From: Bosea sp. (in: a-proteobacteria)
Lineage (GTDB): Bacteria > Pseudomonadota > Alphaproteobacteria > Rhizobiales > Beijerinckiaceae
Assembly (NCBI RefSeq): GCF_017308075.1
Contig: NZ_JAFKFX010000038.1
Coordinates: 51,983 to 115,982 of the forward strand
Reading direction: 5' to 3'
Length of the DNA: 64,000 nucleotides
In this document: in pieces, positions 47,518 to 58,030 of the stretch
Layout of the letters: the number at the start of each line of letters is the position of its first letter
Position numbering within the stretch: the stretch's first letter is position 1
The notes under the pieces: generated by a model
Database searches by the model: none
What the model was told of the DNA's origin: nothing
What the model saw: the letters and a program-made list of their open reading frames with translations, nothing else
Position numbers and translations under genes: made by a program

Positions 47518-48468
47518 ATGAGTTCTGCAAAGACCGCCTCCGAGGAGGCTCTTGCCGCCGGCCTGGCCGAAACCGCCGATGCCATCGAGGCGCTGCTCGC
47601 CAGCCTGCTGCGCGATGAGCCGGAGGCCGGCGAGATCCATCGGCCGGCGCGCCTGCTGGCGGCGATGCGTCATGGCGCGCTCGGCGGCGGCAAGCGCCTG
47701 CGCCCCTTCCTGGTCGCCGAGACCGCCCGCATCTTCGGTGTCGATCGCGCGCAGGCCCTGCGTGCCGGCGCGGCCGTCGAGCTCGCCCATTGCTATTCGC
47801 TGGTCCATGACGACCTGCCGGCCATGGATGATGACGACATCCGCCGCGGCCGGCCGACCGTGCACAAGGCCTATGACGAGGCGACGGCGATCCTCGCCGG
47901 CGACAGCCTGCTGACGCTCGCCTTCGACGTCCTCTCTGACCCCGCCACGCATCGCCACGGCGAGACGCGCGCTGCATTGGTGCTGATGCTATCGCGCGCG
48001 CTCGGTGCCGGCGGCATGGTCGGTGGCCAGATGCTCGATCTGGCGGCCGAAGGGCGCTTTCCCGCGGAAGGCGCACCTGCGCGCCTCGGCGAGGCCGCGA
48101 TCCTGCGCCTGCAGGCGATGAAGACCGGCGCGCTGCTGGCGGCGAGCGTCGCGCTCGGCGCCCGTCTCGGACAGGCCGATGCCGGAAGCATGACAGCGCT
48201 GACGGTTTACGGCCGGGCGCTCGGAGCGGCCTTCCAGGTCGCCGACGACATTCTCGATATCGAGGCCAGCCCCGAGCAGATGGGCAAGGCGACCGCCAAG
48301 GACGATGCCAGGGGCAAGGCGACGCTGGTCGCCGCGCTCGGCCTCGAAGCGGCCAAGCGCGAACGCGATCGCTTCAGCGAGGCGGCCGTGGCGGCGCTGA
48401 CCGAGTTCGGGCCGGAGGCGGCGATGCTGCGCGCGGCGGCGCGCTTCGCCGCCAACCGCAAGAGCTGA
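47518..48468 (+). CDS. ispA: polyprenyl (farnesyl/geranylgeranyl) diphosphate synthase
   Basis: The first Asp-rich motif is [17 protein letters not shown] and the second is QVADDILD. The start is at MSSAKTAS, and the upstream part of the track ORF is antisense to mtgA. Confidence 0.9.
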   Translation: MSSAKTASEEALAAGLAETADAIEALLASLLRDEPEAGEIHRPARLLAAMRHGALGGGKRLRPFLVAETARIFGVDRAQALRAGAAVELAHCYSLVHDDLPAMDDDDIRRGRPTVHKAYDEATAILAGDSLLTLAFDVLSDPATHRHGETRAALVLMLSRALGAGGMVGGQMLDLAAEGRFPAEGAPARLGEAAILRLQAMKTGALLAASVALGARLGQADAGSMTALTVYGRALGAAFQVADDILDIEASPEQMGKATAKDDARGKATLVAALGLEAAKRERDRFSEAAVAALTEFGPEAAMLRAAARFAANRKS

Positions 48469-48516
48469 GCCCGCCCTGCCCGGGCGGGCGCTACGCCGCG
48501 ACGAGGCTCGCCCCGC

Positions 48517-50502
48517 TCAGACCGTGACCTGCGTACCGACCTCGACCACGCGTCCCGTCGGGATCTGGAAGAAGTTGGTGGCGTCGGTCGCGCTCTTGGT
48601 CAGGCCGATGAAGAGATTGTCCTGCCAGACCGGCATGCCCGAATTCGGCGAGGCCTTGATCGAGCGCCGCGACAGGAAGAACGAGGTCGACATGATGTCG
48701 AACTTGAAGCCCTGCTTACGCAGGATGGCGAGCCCCTTGGGAATGTTCGGGCTCTCCATATAGCCGTAGACCATCTCGACCCGCCAGAAATCCTCGGTGA
48801 TCCGCGACAGCCTGACCCGCTCGCTCTCGGCGACGCGCGGAGTATCGGCCGAGCGCACGGTCAGGATCACGTTGCGCTCGTGCAGCACCTTGTTGTGCTT
48901 GAGATTGTGCAGCAGCGAGGCCGGCGCTGTCTCGGGATCGCTGGTCAGGAACACCGCCATGCCCTTGACCCGATAAGGCGGGCTCTTGGTCAGCATGCCG
49001 ACCAGTTCGAGCAGGGGCACGTCGGTCTTGCGCGTCTTGTCGAACAGGATCCGCGTGCCGCGCACCCAGGTCCACATCAGCACGGTCAGCGCGATCGCGA
49101 ACAGCACCGGGACATAGCCGCCGCTGAACAGCTTCAGCAGATTGGCGGAGAAGAAGGCGATGTCGATCAGCAGGAACGGCACCAGCACCAGCGAGGTCGC
49201 CAGCAGGCTCCAGCGCCAGCCCCGCCAGATCACGATGAAGGCGAGCAGCGAATCCACCGCCATCGCGCCGAACACCGAGATGCCATAGGCGTGCGACAGA
49301 TTGGAGGAGGTCCTGAAGGTCCAGATCAGCAGCAACACCGTCAGCAGCAGCAGCGTGTTCATCCGCGGGATGAAGATCTGGCCGGAGGTATGTTCCGAGG
49401 TGTGCCGGATCTCGAGGCGCGGCAGCAGCCCGAGCTGGATCGCCTGCCGGGTCAGCGAGAAGGCGCCGGTGATCACCGCCTGGCTGGCGATGATGGTGGC
49501 GATCGTCGCCATGATCACCAGCGGCAGGGTGAAGCCCTGCGGCGCCAGACGGAAGAATGGATTCTCGATCGCCGAGGAATCCGACAGGATCAGTGCGCCC
49601 TGGCCGAGATAGTTCAGCCACAGCGCCGGGAAGACCAGATAGAGCCAGGCGCCGCGGATCGGCCCGCGCCCGAAATGGCCCATATCGGCATAGAGCGCCT
49701 CCGCCCCGGTCACCGCCAGGCAGACCGTGCCGAGCACGGCGAGCGACAGGCCGGGATGGTCGACGAAGAAGCGCAGGCCATGATAGGGATTGATCGAGGC
49801 CAAGACCCCGAGATCGTCGGAGATATGGTAGATTCCGAGCCCGCCCAGGGTCAGGAACCAGAGCGTCATCACCGGGCCGAAGAAATTCGCGACCTTGGCC
49901 GTACCGCGGCTCTGCACCAGGAAGAGCGCGATCATGATCACTGAGGCGATGCTCACGACATAGTCGTCGAGCACCGGCGTCACCAGCTTGATGCCCTCGA
50001 TCGCCGAGAGCACCGAGATCGCCGGAGTGATCACCGCATCGCCATAGAACAGCGCCGCCCCGGCCATGCCGAGGAACAGCACCACGCCGCCGCGGGACCG
50101 GCCGAGCGCACGCTGCGCCAGCGCGACCAGGGTCAGCGTGCCGCCCTCGCCGTTGTTGTCGGCCCGCAGCAGCAGCACGACATATTTCAGCGTCACGACG
50201 CTGACCAGCGACCACAGGATCAGCGAGAGCACGCCGAGGATGACCTCGCGCGGCAGCGAGCCGGCGAGCGTGACGTCGACCGCACCGCCATGGCCGCCCG
50301 AGGCAGCGCCGGTCGCGGCCAGGATCGTCTCGCGCAGCGCATAGAGCGGGCTGGTGCCGATATCCCCGAAAACCACGCCGAGTGCGCCGAGCGCCAGCGC
50401 CGCATAGCTATGCGAGGAATGCCCGCCATTTACCGGCTCTTCGAGCCCGAAACGGTCCCCGTCCGGCTTGGCAGGGGCCGGATTCTGCTGGTCATGACCC
50501 AT
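48517..50502 (-). CDS. kup: potassium uptake transporter Kup
   Basis: …[17 protein letters not shown]… is the hallmark N-motif. The 12-TM core plus cytoplasmic C-domain total 661 aa. Confidence 0.95.
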   Translation of the reverse strand: MGHDQQNPAPAKPDGDRFGLEEPVNGGHSSHSYAALALGALGVVFGDIGTSPLYALRETILAATGAASGGHGGAVDVTLAGSLPREVILGVLSLILWSLVSVVTLKYVVLLLRADNNGEGGTLTLVALAQRALGRSRGGVVLFLGMAGAALFYGDAVITPAISVLSAIEGIKLVTPVLDDYVVSIASVIMIALFLVQSRGTAKVANFFGPVMTLWFLTLGGLGIYHISDDLGVLASINPYHGLRFFVDHPGLSLAVLGTVCLAVTGAEALYADMGHFGRGPIRGAWLYLVFPALWLNYLGQGALILSDSSAIENPFFRLAPQGFTLPLVIMATIATIIASQAVITGAFSLTRQAIQLGLLPRLEIRHTSEHTSGQIFIPRMNTLLLLTVLLLIWTFRTSSNLSHAYGISVFGAMAVDSLLAFIVIWRGWRWSLLATSLVLVPFLLIDIAFFSANLLKLFSGGYVPVLFAIALTVLMWTWVRGTRILFDKTRKTDVPLLELVGMLTKSPPYRVKGMAVFLTSDPETAPASLLHNLKHNKVLHERNVILTVRSADTPRVAESERVRLSRITEDFWRVEMVYGYMESPNIPKGLAILRKQGFKFDIMSTSFFLSRRSIKASPNSGMPVWQDNLFIGLTKSATDATNFFQIPTGRVVEVGTQVTV

Positions 50503-50609
50503 CAGGGATGCTCCGCGGATGCTGCGATGCAGCGAAAGGCCGGGGCCTCTAGCACAGCCCGTATCGCACGCATAGGCGCAAGCCCAGCAAAGCCACAGTC
50601 GGCTCGCAG

Positions 50610-51896
50610 CTATTCCGCCGCCTTGCGCAACTCATAGGCCTGCCCGTAGCGCCGGCCGATATACTCGTCGACCATGGACTTGAACTCGGTCGCGATGTTG
50701 GCGCCGCGCAGGGTCGTGACCTTCTTGCCATCGACGAAGACCGGTGCGGTCGGCGCCTCGCCGGTGCCGGGCAGCGAGATGCCGATATCGGCATGCTTGG
50801 ATTCGCCGGGGCCGTTGACGATGCAGCCCATCACCGCGACGTTCAGCCCCTCGACGCCGGGATAGCGCAGCTTCCACTCGGGCATCGAAGCGGCGATCCA
50901 GTCCTGGATGTCCCGCGCCAGTTCCTGGAAAACCGTCGAGGTCGTGCGCCCGCAGCCCGGACAGGCGGCGACCTGCGGCACGAAGGCCCTGAAGCCCATG
51001 GTCTGCAGCAGCTCCTGCGAGGCCTTGACCTCGAGCGTGCGGTCTCCGCCCGGCTCCGGCGTCAGCGAGAAGCGGATCGTGTCGCCGATCCCGTCCTGCA
51101 GCAGCACGCCGAGCGCCGCCGAGGAAGCGACCAGGCCCTTCGAGCCCATGCCCGCCTCGGTCAGGCCGAGATGGATGGCGTAGTCGCCGCGCGCGGCCAG
51201 CATCCGGTAGACCGCGATCAGGTCCTGCACACCCGAGACCTTGGCCGAGAGGATGATCCGGTCGCGCCCGAGCCCGATCTCCTCGGCGCGCTCGGCCGAG
51301 AACAGCGCCGAGCGCACCATCGCCTCGCGCATCACGGCGCGCGCATCGATCGGCCGCGGCGACCTCGCATTGATGTCCATCAGCCCGGTCAGTAGCTCCT
51401 GGTCGAGCGAGCCCCAATTGGCGCCGATGCGCACGCTCTTGCCGTGCCGAATCGCAAGTTCGACGATCTGGCCGAACTGCCGGTCCTTCTTGTCCTTGAA
51501 GCCGACATTGCCGGGGTTGATCCGGTATTTCGCCAGCGCCTGCGCGCAGGCCGGATGATCGGCCAGCAGCTTGTGCCCGATATAGTGGAAATCGCCGATC
51601 AGCGGCACGTCGATGCCGAGAATGTCGAGCCGCTCGCGGATATGCGGCACCGCCGCCGCCGCCTCGTCGCGGTCGACCGTGATCCGCACCAGCTCGGAGC
51701 CGGCCCGCGCCAGCGCCGCGACCTGGCCGACCGTCGCCGGGATGTCGGCGGTGTCGGTATTGGTCATCGATTGCACGACGATCGGCGCGCCACCGCCGAC
51801 CTTGACGTGCCCGACCATGACCGGGACCGTGCCCGCCCGTGGCGCGGGCGCAGCATGCGGACCTTCGGGCAGGCAGATCTGGAGCGGCTCGGTCAT
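50610..51896 (-). CDS. ispG: 4-hydroxy-3-methylbut-2-en-1-yl diphosphate synthase (flavodoxin)
   Basis: It has …[15 protein letters not shown]…, ACPGCGRT and GCIVNGPGE as the [4Fe-4S] ligand motifs. Confidence 0.95.
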   Translation of the reverse strand: MTEPLQICLPEGPHAAPAPRAGTVPVMVGHVKVGGGAPIVVQSMTNTDTADIPATVGQVAALARAGSELVRITVDRDEAAAAVPHIRERLDILGIDVPLIGDFHYIGHKLLADHPACAQALAKYRINPGNVGFKDKKDRQFGQIVELAIRHGKSVRIGANWGSLDQELLTGLMDINARSPRPIDARAVMREAMVRSALFSAERAEEIGLGRDRIILSAKVSGVQDLIAVYRMLAARGDYAIHLGLTEAGMGSKGLVASSAALGVLLQDGIGDTIRFSLTPEPGGDRTLEVKASQELLQTMGFRAFVPQVAACPGCGRTTSTVFQELARDIQDWIAASMPEWKLRYPGVEGLNVAVMGCIVNGPGESKHADIGISLPGTGEAPTAPVFVDGKKVTTLRGANIATEFKSMVDEYIGRRYGQAYELRKAAE

Positions 51897-51965
51897 GAAG
51901 AAGGTCCGGATTTCAGGGCCGGGAACGGTTCACTGCGGCTGAACTGCGCCCTTGAAGGAAAATCG

Positions 51966-52505
51966 TCAAGCAGCGTCGGCATGACGACAATGCTCACAGC
52001 GTCCGACGATCTCCACGACCTGATAGGAAGGCTTGAACTGCCGAGCCTGCGCCATGCCACGGATCGCGCCGCGCATGGCGGGCGAGGCATCCTCGTCGAC
52101 CCCGCCGCAGACCTCACAGATCAGGAAGGCGACCGCCTCGTCGGCGCCATGGCCGTGCGGGCAGGCGATGAAGGCGTTGCGCGAGCTCAGACGGTGCACG
52201 AAGCCCTGCTCGACCAGGAAGTCGAGGGCGCGATAGATCGAGATCGGCGCCAGCCGGCGCCCGCCCGGCGGCGAAATCCGGTCGGCGAGATCATAGGCGC
52301 CGACTGGGCGGTGGTCGGCATAGAGCGCCTCGAGCGTCTTGCGCCGGATCGGCGTCAACCGCAGGCCGCGCTCCCTGCACACCGCCTCGGCCCGGGCCAA
52401 CCCCGCCTCGGCCTGGCCGGCATGGTCGTGCGCGTGCCGGCAGCCCCCCTCGGCATGGACGTGCTCATGGCTGTGATCGTGCGCATCTGGCTGCATTTTC
52501 GTCAT
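51966..52505 (-). CDS. zur: Fur-family regulator, Zur-like, with His-rich N-terminal extension
   Basis: It has a winged-helix LRLTPIRRKTLEAL...IYRALDFLVEQGFVHR, plus C..HGH and CEVCG / CEHC metal sites. The N-terminus is HDHSHEHVHAEGGCRHAHDH. The start is ambiguous (52505, 52496 or the GTG at 52532). Confidence 0.8.
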   Translation of the reverse strand: MTKMQPDAHDHSHEHVHAEGGCRHAHDHAGQAEAGLARAEAVCRERGLRLTPIRRKTLEALYADHRPVGAYDLADRISPPGGRRLAPISIYRALDFLVEQGFVHRLSSRNAFIACPHGHGADEAVAFLICEVCGGVDEDASPAMRGAIRGMAQARQFKPSYQVVEIVGRCEHCRHADAA

Positions 52506-52623
52506 GTTGCGTTGCAATATCACATAAGGCACCGTCCGGCGACCAAGTCTCGCCGACTGGCGCGGCCGCCCTCGCCGCCTGTAAGCTAAGCAATTCCCCG
52601 CCCCTTGTCAGGAGCCGCCCGCA

Positions 52624-53409
52624 ATGTTCCTCAAAGACCGCACCGCGCTCGTCACCGGCTCCACCTCCGGCATCGGCCTCGCCTATGCCCGCGCACTCGC
52701 CGCGGAGGGCGCCAATGTCGTGATCAATGGCTTCGGCGATGCAGCCGCGATCGAGAAGGAACGGGCCGGTATCGAGACCGAGTTCAAGGTCAAGGCGCGC
52801 TACTCCGCAGCCAATATGATGAAGCCCGACGAAATCGCGGCGATGGTCGCCGAGGCCGAGAAGGAGTTCGGCGCCATCGATATCCTCGTCAACAATGCCG
52901 GCATCCAGCATGTCGCCCCGGTCGACGAGTTCCCGCTCGAGAAATGGGACCAGATCATCGCGATCAACCTGTCCTCGGCCTTCCACGCCACCCGCGCCGC
53001 CTTGCCGAAGATGAAGGAGAAGGGCTGGGGCCGGATCATCAACACAGCCTCGGCCCACGCCTTCGTCGCCTCACCCTTCAAATCGGCCTATGTCGCCGCC
53101 AAGCACGGCATCGCCGGCTTCACCAAGACGGTGGCGCTCGAGGTCGCGACCAGGGGCATCACCGTCAACGCCATCGCCCCCGGCTATGTCTGGACGCCCC
53201 TCGTCGAGAAGCAGATTCCCGACACGATGAAGGCGCGCAATCTCACCAAGGAGCAGGTCATCAACGATGTGCTCCTGACCGCCCAGCCGACCAAGCAGTT
53301 CGTCACCGTCGAGCAGGTCGCGGCGCTCGCCGTCTTCCTCTGCACCGACGCGGCGAAGTCGATCACCGGCACGACCCTGCCGATGGACGGCGGCTGGACC
53401 GCCGCGTGA
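52624..53409 (+). CDS. bdhA: 3-hydroxybutyrate dehydrogenase
   Basis: ALVTGSTSGIGLAYARALAAEGANVVINGFG...NNAGIQHVAPV..FP.EKWD...SAYVAAKHG are the SDR signatures of the BdhA type. Confidence 0.92.
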   Translation: MFLKDRTALVTGSTSGIGLAYARALAAEGANVVINGFGDAAAIEKERAGIETEFKVKARYSAANMMKPDEIAAMVAEAEKEFGAIDILVNNAGIQHVAPVDEFPLEKWDQIIAINLSSAFHATRAALPKMKEKGWGRIINTASAHAFVASPFKSAYVAAKHGIAGFTKTVALEVATRGITVNAIAPGYVWTPLVEKQIPDTMKARNLTKEQVINDVLLTAQPTKQFVTVEQVAALAVFLCTDAAKSITGTTLPMDGGWTAA

Positions 53410-54473
53410 CCGGCCGCCGCCAGCGCCGCGTCCCCCAGGTCAAGGGCCTCGCCGGGCCGAAGGCGGAGAAGTCGGTCAACCTCGCCCTGCAGGGTGGCGG
53501 CGCCCATGGCGCCTTCACCTGGGGCGTGCTCGACGCGATCCTCGCCGATGGAAGGATCGCCCTCGAGGCGATGACCGGCGCCAGCGCCGGGGCGATGAAC
53601 GCCGTCGTGCTCGCCGAGGGCTGGCTCGATGGCGGCGCCGACGGCGCCCGCACGGCGCTGGAGAATTTCTGGCGCCGGATCAGCGTCGACGGCAAATATG
53701 GCGGCTCCGAGCGCTCGCTGCTCGACACCATGCTCGGCGCCTGGAGCAATGGCCATCCGCCCGGCCTGATCTGGTTCGAGATGTTCTCGAAGATGGCGAG
53801 CCCCTATGACGTCAACCCGCTCAACATCAACCCGCTGCGCGGCGTCATTGCGGACCTGATCGACTTCGACAAGGTGCGCGGCTGCGCCGACGTCAACCTG
53901 TTCATCGCCGCGACCAATGTCCGCACCGGCAAGATCAGGGTCTTCACCCGCCAGGAACTCACCGCCGACCATCTGATGGCCTCGGCCTGCCTGCCGATGC
54001 TGTTCCAGGCCGTCGAGATCGACGGACAGGCCTATTGGGACGGCGGCTATATGGGCAATCCGGCGCTCTATCCCCTGTTCTACGAGGCGCAGGGTGACGA
54101 CATCCTGCTGGTCCAGATCAACCCGCTCGAGCGCAAGGAGCTGCCGACCAATGCCCGCGCCATCCAGGACCGGCTGAACGAGATCACCTTCAACGCCTCG
54201 CTCCTGCGCGAACTGCGCGCCATCGCCTTCGTCAACCGCCTGATCGATGCCGGCAAGCTTTCGACGGCCGATTACAAGCGCGTTCTGATGCACCGGATCG
54301 ATGGCGGCGCGCCTCTAGCCCAGCTCACCAGCTCCTCGCGCCTCAGGGCCGAATGGGATTTCCTGCTGCGCCTGCGCGATATGGGGCGCAATGCCGCCAA
54401 GCGCTGGCTCAAGCGCAATTACGACGCGATCGGCAAGCAGGGCACGGTCGATCTCAAGGACGCGATCGACTGA
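53406..54473 (+). CDS. patatin-like phospholipase family protein
   Basis: It has the oxyanion LALQGGGAHGAFTWGVLD, the nucleophile GASAGAMN (G-x-S-x-G) and a later DGGYMGNPA (catalytic Asp). The GTG start overlaps the bdhA stop (GTGA). Confidence 0.85.
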   Translation: MTGRRQRRVPQVKGLAGPKAEKSVNLALQGGGAHGAFTWGVLDAILADGRIALEAMTGASAGAMNAVVLAEGWLDGGADGARTALENFWRRISVDGKYGGSERSLLDTMLGAWSNGHPPGLIWFEMFSKMASPYDVNPLNINPLRGVIADLIDFDKVRGCADVNLFIAATNVRTGKIRVFTRQELTADHLMASACLPMLFQAVEIDGQAYWDGGYMGNPALYPLFYEAQGDDILLVQINPLERKELPTNARAIQDRLNEITFNASLLRELRAIAFVNRLIDAGKLSTADYKRVLMHRIDGGAPLAQLTSSSRLRAEWDFLLRLRDMGRNAAKRWLKRNYDAIGKQGTVDLKDAID

Positions 54474-54491
54474 GAGCGAACGGCAGCGCCG

Positions 54492-55160
54492 TCACGGTGC
54501 GCCCGCCAGCCGCCACACCGAGCTTTTCTTGATCTCGGCATCCTCCAGCGCCCGCGTCACCGGCACCTGATAGGTCGCGACCTCGACGAGCCTGTTCTTG
54601 GGCAGGTAGCTGCGGCCGGGGTCGCCGATCAGCACGGTCGCGCCGCGTTTCGACAGGGCTGAAAGCCAGTCGATCACCTGCCCCGCGAGCTCGCGCTCAT
54701 AGCAGATATCGCCGGCGAGCACGGTTTCCCAGCCCTCGTCCCGGCCGATCAGATCCTCGTGCCGGGGTGTCACCGAAACGCCGTTCGCCTCGGCATTGAG
54801 GCCGATCGCCGCAGCGGCGAAGGCATCGATATCGGCTGCCGCCACCTGAGCTGCGGCGGCCTTCGCCGCGGCGATGGCGACGAGCCCGGAGCCGCTGGCG
54901 AAATCGAGCACGCGCCGCCCGCTCACCACCTCCGGATGGTCGAGGACATAGCGCGCCAGCGCCTGCCCACCGGCCCAGGCGAAAGCCCAGAAGGGCGGCG
55001 GCAGGCCGATCGTCGCCAGCTCCTCCTCGGTCTTCTGCCAGAGCTCGGTCGCCTCCTCCGCGACATGGAGCGAGATCTCCGGCGCGTGCGGCACCGGCAG
55101 GAGACGTGTATGGGCGCGGATGAAGCCGAGCCGATCCTCCGTCGCGAGCTCCTCGCTCAT
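54492..55160 (-). CDS. class I SAM-dependent methyltransferase (PrmA/Methyltransf_16-like)
   Basis: It has …GRRVLDFASGSGLVAIAAAKAGA..V.AADID… as motif I plus the post-I acidic residue. The ATG overlaps the stop of the upstream glycosyltransferase (ATGA). Confidence 0.75.
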   Translation of the reverse strand: MSEELATEDRLGFIRAHTRLLPVPHAPEISLHVAEEATELWQKTEEELATIGLPPPFWAFAWAGGQALARYVLDHPEVVSGRRVLDFASGSGLVAIAAAKAAAAQVAAADIDAFAAAAIGLNAEANGVSVTPRHEDLIGRDEGWETVLAGDICYERELAGQVIDWLSALSKRGATVLIGDPGRSYLPKNRLVEVATYQVPVTRALEDAEIKKSSVWRLAGAP

Positions 55161-56311
55161 GCGACGACATCCGCCTGCGGTTGCCCGAGCAGGCCGCGAT
55201 AGAGCGCCTTCACGCCTTCCATCACGTCGCGCTCGGTGTAGCCGGCGAGCAGCCGATCGCGCGCGCTCAGCCCCATGCGCTCGACCATGCCGGGCGAGCC
55301 GGCGAGCGCCATCAGCGCCCTGGTCAGGGCCGCGACATCATTGGCCGGGACGACGAAACCGTCCTGGCCGTCGCGCACGAAGCTGCGGCAGCCTGGCACG
55401 TCGGTGGTCAAGAGCGCCCGGCCGCAGGCGGCGCCTTCGAGCAAGGTGCGCGGCAGGCCCTCGCCGCCGCGCGAAGGCAGGCAGCAGACATGGTGGGCCC
55501 GCCAGACACCCTCGATATCGCGCGTCGGCCCGGCCCATTTGATGCCGGGGCGCGACGACCATTCGCGCAAGGTCGCTTCCGGCACCGCCTTGGGGTTGGA
55601 CGGGTCGGGCGCACCGTGCAGGGTGAGTTCGATCCGCGCACCCTGCTTGCGCGCCAGCGTCACCGCCTCGACGGCGAGGTCGGCGCCCTTCGACCAGAGC
55701 ATGCGCGCGACGACGGCGACCTTGAGCGGCGGCTGCGGCAGCATCGGCTCCGGCATCAGGATCAGCGGGTCGACGCCGGCACCGCCGACGATCGCGACCT
55801 TCGTCGCATCGGCGGGATCGAGGCCCAGCATGACCGGATCATCCGGGTTCTCGAACAGGAAGCGCACATGCGGCCCGTCGATCGCCTCGCGCAACCAGAA
55901 GCGTGCCGCCAGCCGGGCCGCCTGCGCCACCGCGCCCTCGCGGGCGCCGAGGAAGCCGAGCCCGGTCAGCGCATAGACCCGCCGCTCGACCCCGGCGATC
56001 TTCCCGGCGAACCCGGCGAGCGCAATCGGCTTCAGCGCGATGCAGTGCAGGATGTCCGGCTGCTCGGCGGCGATCAGGTGCTTCAACGCCATGACCTGCC
56101 GGTAGAGCGCCTTGGGCGACAGGCTGCGGCGCTCAGCCTCGAGCGCGATCAGCCTGGCGCCGGCCGCCTCGATCACGCGCCGGTGCTGGCGTTCGCGGGC
56201 GATCACCGCGACGTCGAAGCCCATCTCGCCCGCAGCCCGCGCCATAGGCAGGAAATGCGAGGCGAAGAACCAGTCCTCGGTGGCGACGAAAAGAAGCTTG
56301 CGGCGAGCCAT
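55157..56311 (-). CDS. glycosyltransferase family 4 (GT-B, group 1)
   Basis: The C-terminal half reads …PSRGGEGLPRTLLEGAACGRALLTTDVPGCRSFV.DG.DGF.VP (the E-x7-E region). Confidence 0.85.
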   Translation of the reverse strand: MARRKLLFVATEDWFFASHFLPMARAAGEMGFDVAVIARERQHRRVIEAAGARLIALEAERRSLSPKALYRQVMALKHLIAAEQPDILHCIALKPIALAGFAGKIAGVERRVYALTGLGFLGAREGAVAQAARLAARFWLREAIDGPHVRFLFENPDDPVMLGLDPADATKVAIVGGAGVDPLILMPEPMLPQPPLKVAVVARMLWSKGADLAVEAVTLARKQGARIELTLHGAPDPSNPKAVPEATLREWSSRPGIKWAGPTRDIEGVWRAHHVCCLPSRGGEGLPRTLLEGAACGRALLTTDVPGCRSFVRDGQDGFVVPANDVAALTRALMALAGSPGMVERMGLSARDRLLAGYTERDVMEGVKALYRGLLGQPQADVVA

Positions 56312-56452
56312 GCGCGCATCAGGCCGATGCCGCCCCGAAAATCAAGCACCAAGGATAGTCCCGGACAGGACTGCCATGCCTTGCGGTTGCTGGACGCGAG
56401 GTTCCATGCTTGCGACAAAGGCCCGAAAGCTCACCGCAGAACGAGACCAGCA

Positions 56453-57877
56453 ATGGACAACCGCAACGATCTCTGGCGCCATGTCGACGCCAGCAAGCAG
56501 CGCTTCATCGAACTCAGCGATCGCGTCTGGGCGATCCCCGAGGTCTGCTACACCGAAAAGCGCTCGGTCGCCGAGCATGTCGCCGAACTGAAGCATCAGG
56601 GTTTCCGCATCACCGAGAACGTCGCCGACATCCCGACCGCGGTGATCGGCGAAGCCGGCGAAGGCGGCCCGGTCATCGCCTTCCTCGGCGAGTACGACGC
56701 GCTGCCGGGCCTCAGCCAGGAGGCCGGCGTCGCCGAGCATCGCGAGATCGAGGCCGGCGGCCATGGCCATGGCTGCGGCCACAACCTGCTCGGCTCGGCC
56801 GCCCTTTTGGCCGCGACCGCGATGAAGAACTGGCTCGCCGAGAACAAGCTGCCCGGCCGCGTGCGCTATTATGGCTGCCCGGCCGAGGAAGGCGGCGCCG
56901 CCAAGGCCTTCATGGTCCGCGCCGGCGCCTTCGAGGACGCCGATATCGCGATCTCCTGGCATCCGAACAGCTTCTGGGAGGTGACGCCGCCGCTCTCGCT
57001 CGCCAATACCCGCGCCGACTTCACCTTCACCGGCCGCACCTCGCATGCCGCCGCCTCGCCCGAACTCGGCCGTAGCGCGCTCGACGCCGTCGAGCTGATG
57101 AATGTCGGCGTCAACTATATGCGCGAGCACATGCCGAGCGATGCGCGTGTCCACTATGCCCTGCTCGACACCGGCGGCATCGCGCCGAACGTCGTCCAGG
57201 CCCATGCCCGCGTGCGCTATTCGATCCGTGCCCGCGATCTGCCGGGCATGCTTGAGCTCGTCGGCCGCGTCAAGAAAATCGCCGAGGGCGCCGCGCTGAT
57301 GACCGAGACCAAGGTCGAGGTGAAGATCGTCAGCGCCGTCTCCAACGTCGTCGGCAACGGCCCGCTGGAAAGCGCCCTTCAGGGCATCATGGAGGATCTC
57401 GGCCCGCCGCATTTCGACGAGGCCGACCAGGAGTTCGCGCGCAAGATCCGCGCGACGCTGACCCAGAAGGACATCGATGCGCTCTGGCGCTCGATCGGCC
57501 TGCCCAAGACCGACGCGGCGCTCGCCGACTTCACCGTGCCGCTCGACGCCCCGCGCAACCCGGCGATCGGCTCGACCGATGTCGGCGATGTCAGCTGGGT
57601 CGTGCCGACCGTTCAGGCGCATGCGCCGACGGTCGCGATCGGCACGCCCTTCCACACCTGGCAGGTGGTGGCGCAGGGCAAGACCCCGGCCGCTCACAAG
57701 GCGATGGTCCAGGTCGCCAAGGCGATGGCCGCGACCGGCGCCGCCGTGCTGACCGACCCCGCTTTGATGGCAGCGGCCAAGGCCGATTTCCAGAAGCGCG
57801 TCGCCGCCGATGGCGGCTATGTCTCGCCGATTCCCGCCGAGGTGAAGCCGCCGCTGACCATGTCGACCGGCGGCTGA
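56453..57877 (+). CDS. M20-family amidohydrolase (AbgB / aminobenzoyl-glutamate utilisation-like)
   Basis: It has …FLGEYDALPGLSQ…GHGCGHNLLG… metal-binding motifs. The start is at MDNRNDLW, and the upstream 424 codons of the 898-aa track ORF are antisense to the GT4 gene. Confidence 0.85.
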   Translation: MDNRNDLWRHVDASKQRFIELSDRVWAIPEVCYTEKRSVAEHVAELKHQGFRITENVADIPTAVIGEAGEGGPVIAFLGEYDALPGLSQEAGVAEHREIEAGGHGHGCGHNLLGSAALLAATAMKNWLAENKLPGRVRYYGCPAEEGGAAKAFMVRAGAFEDADIAISWHPNSFWEVTPPLSLANTRADFTFTGRTSHAAASPELGRSALDAVELMNVGVNYMREHMPSDARVHYALLDTGGIAPNVVQAHARVRYSIRARDLPGMLELVGRVKKIAEGAALMTETKVEVKIVSAVSNVVGNGPLESALQGIMEDLGPPHFDEADQEFARKIRATLTQKDIDALWRSIGLPKTDAALADFTVPLDAPRNPAIGSTDVGDVSWVVPTVQAHAPTVAIGTPFHTWQVVAQGKTPAAHKAMVQVAKAMAATGAAVLTDPALMAAAKADFQKRVAADGGYVSPIPAEVKPPLTMSTGG

Positions 57878-57895
57878 TTCCGCGCGGAACCTCCA

Positions 57896-57939
57896 CCGTC
57901 ATTCCGGGGCTGGCCGAAGGCCTGAGCCCGGAATGACGG
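57896..57939. repeat. REP-like palindromic element, second copy of the GTCATTCCGGGGC family
   Basis: CCGTCATTCCGGGGCTGGCCGAAGGCCTGAGCCCGGAATGACGG has terminal 13-nt arms (CCGTCATTCCGGG / CCCGGAATGACGG) that are perfect inverted repeats. Its core is identical, bar 1 nt, to 22665-22700. Confidence 0.8.
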
Positions 57940-57967
57940 CGCGGCTCGTTTCCAGCGCCACAAGCAC

Positions 57968-57996
57968 GAAAAAGGCCCGCCATTCTGGCGGGCCTT
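57968..57996 (-). terminator. rho-independent terminator of the small Gly-zipper protein gene
   Basis: On the minus strand, AAGGCCCGCC-AGAAT-GGCGGGCCTT is followed by TTTTCGTGC. Confidence 0.8.
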
Positions 57997-58030
57997 GAAG
58001 TTTGGCCGGGGAGGACGGCCTCGGGAAAGC

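Noticed and set aside
46385-48076. A 563-aa, extremely Arg-rich minus-strand ORF ending in the L32 sequence.
   Set aside because: Only the last 61 codons are rpmF. The remainder overlaps mtgA and ispA in other frames and is compositional noise.
52496-52560. A possible Zur box (…TTATGTGATATTGCAACGCAACAT…) overlapping the zur start region.
   Set aside because: It is only a weak, imperfect palindrome that overlaps candidate start codons. I cannot match it confidently to a known alphaproteobacterial Zur operator without a PWM scan.
55181-57877. An 898-aa plus-strand ORF.
   Set aside because: The N-terminal 424 codons are antisense to the GT4 glycosyltransferase. The real M20 amidohydrolase starts at 56453.
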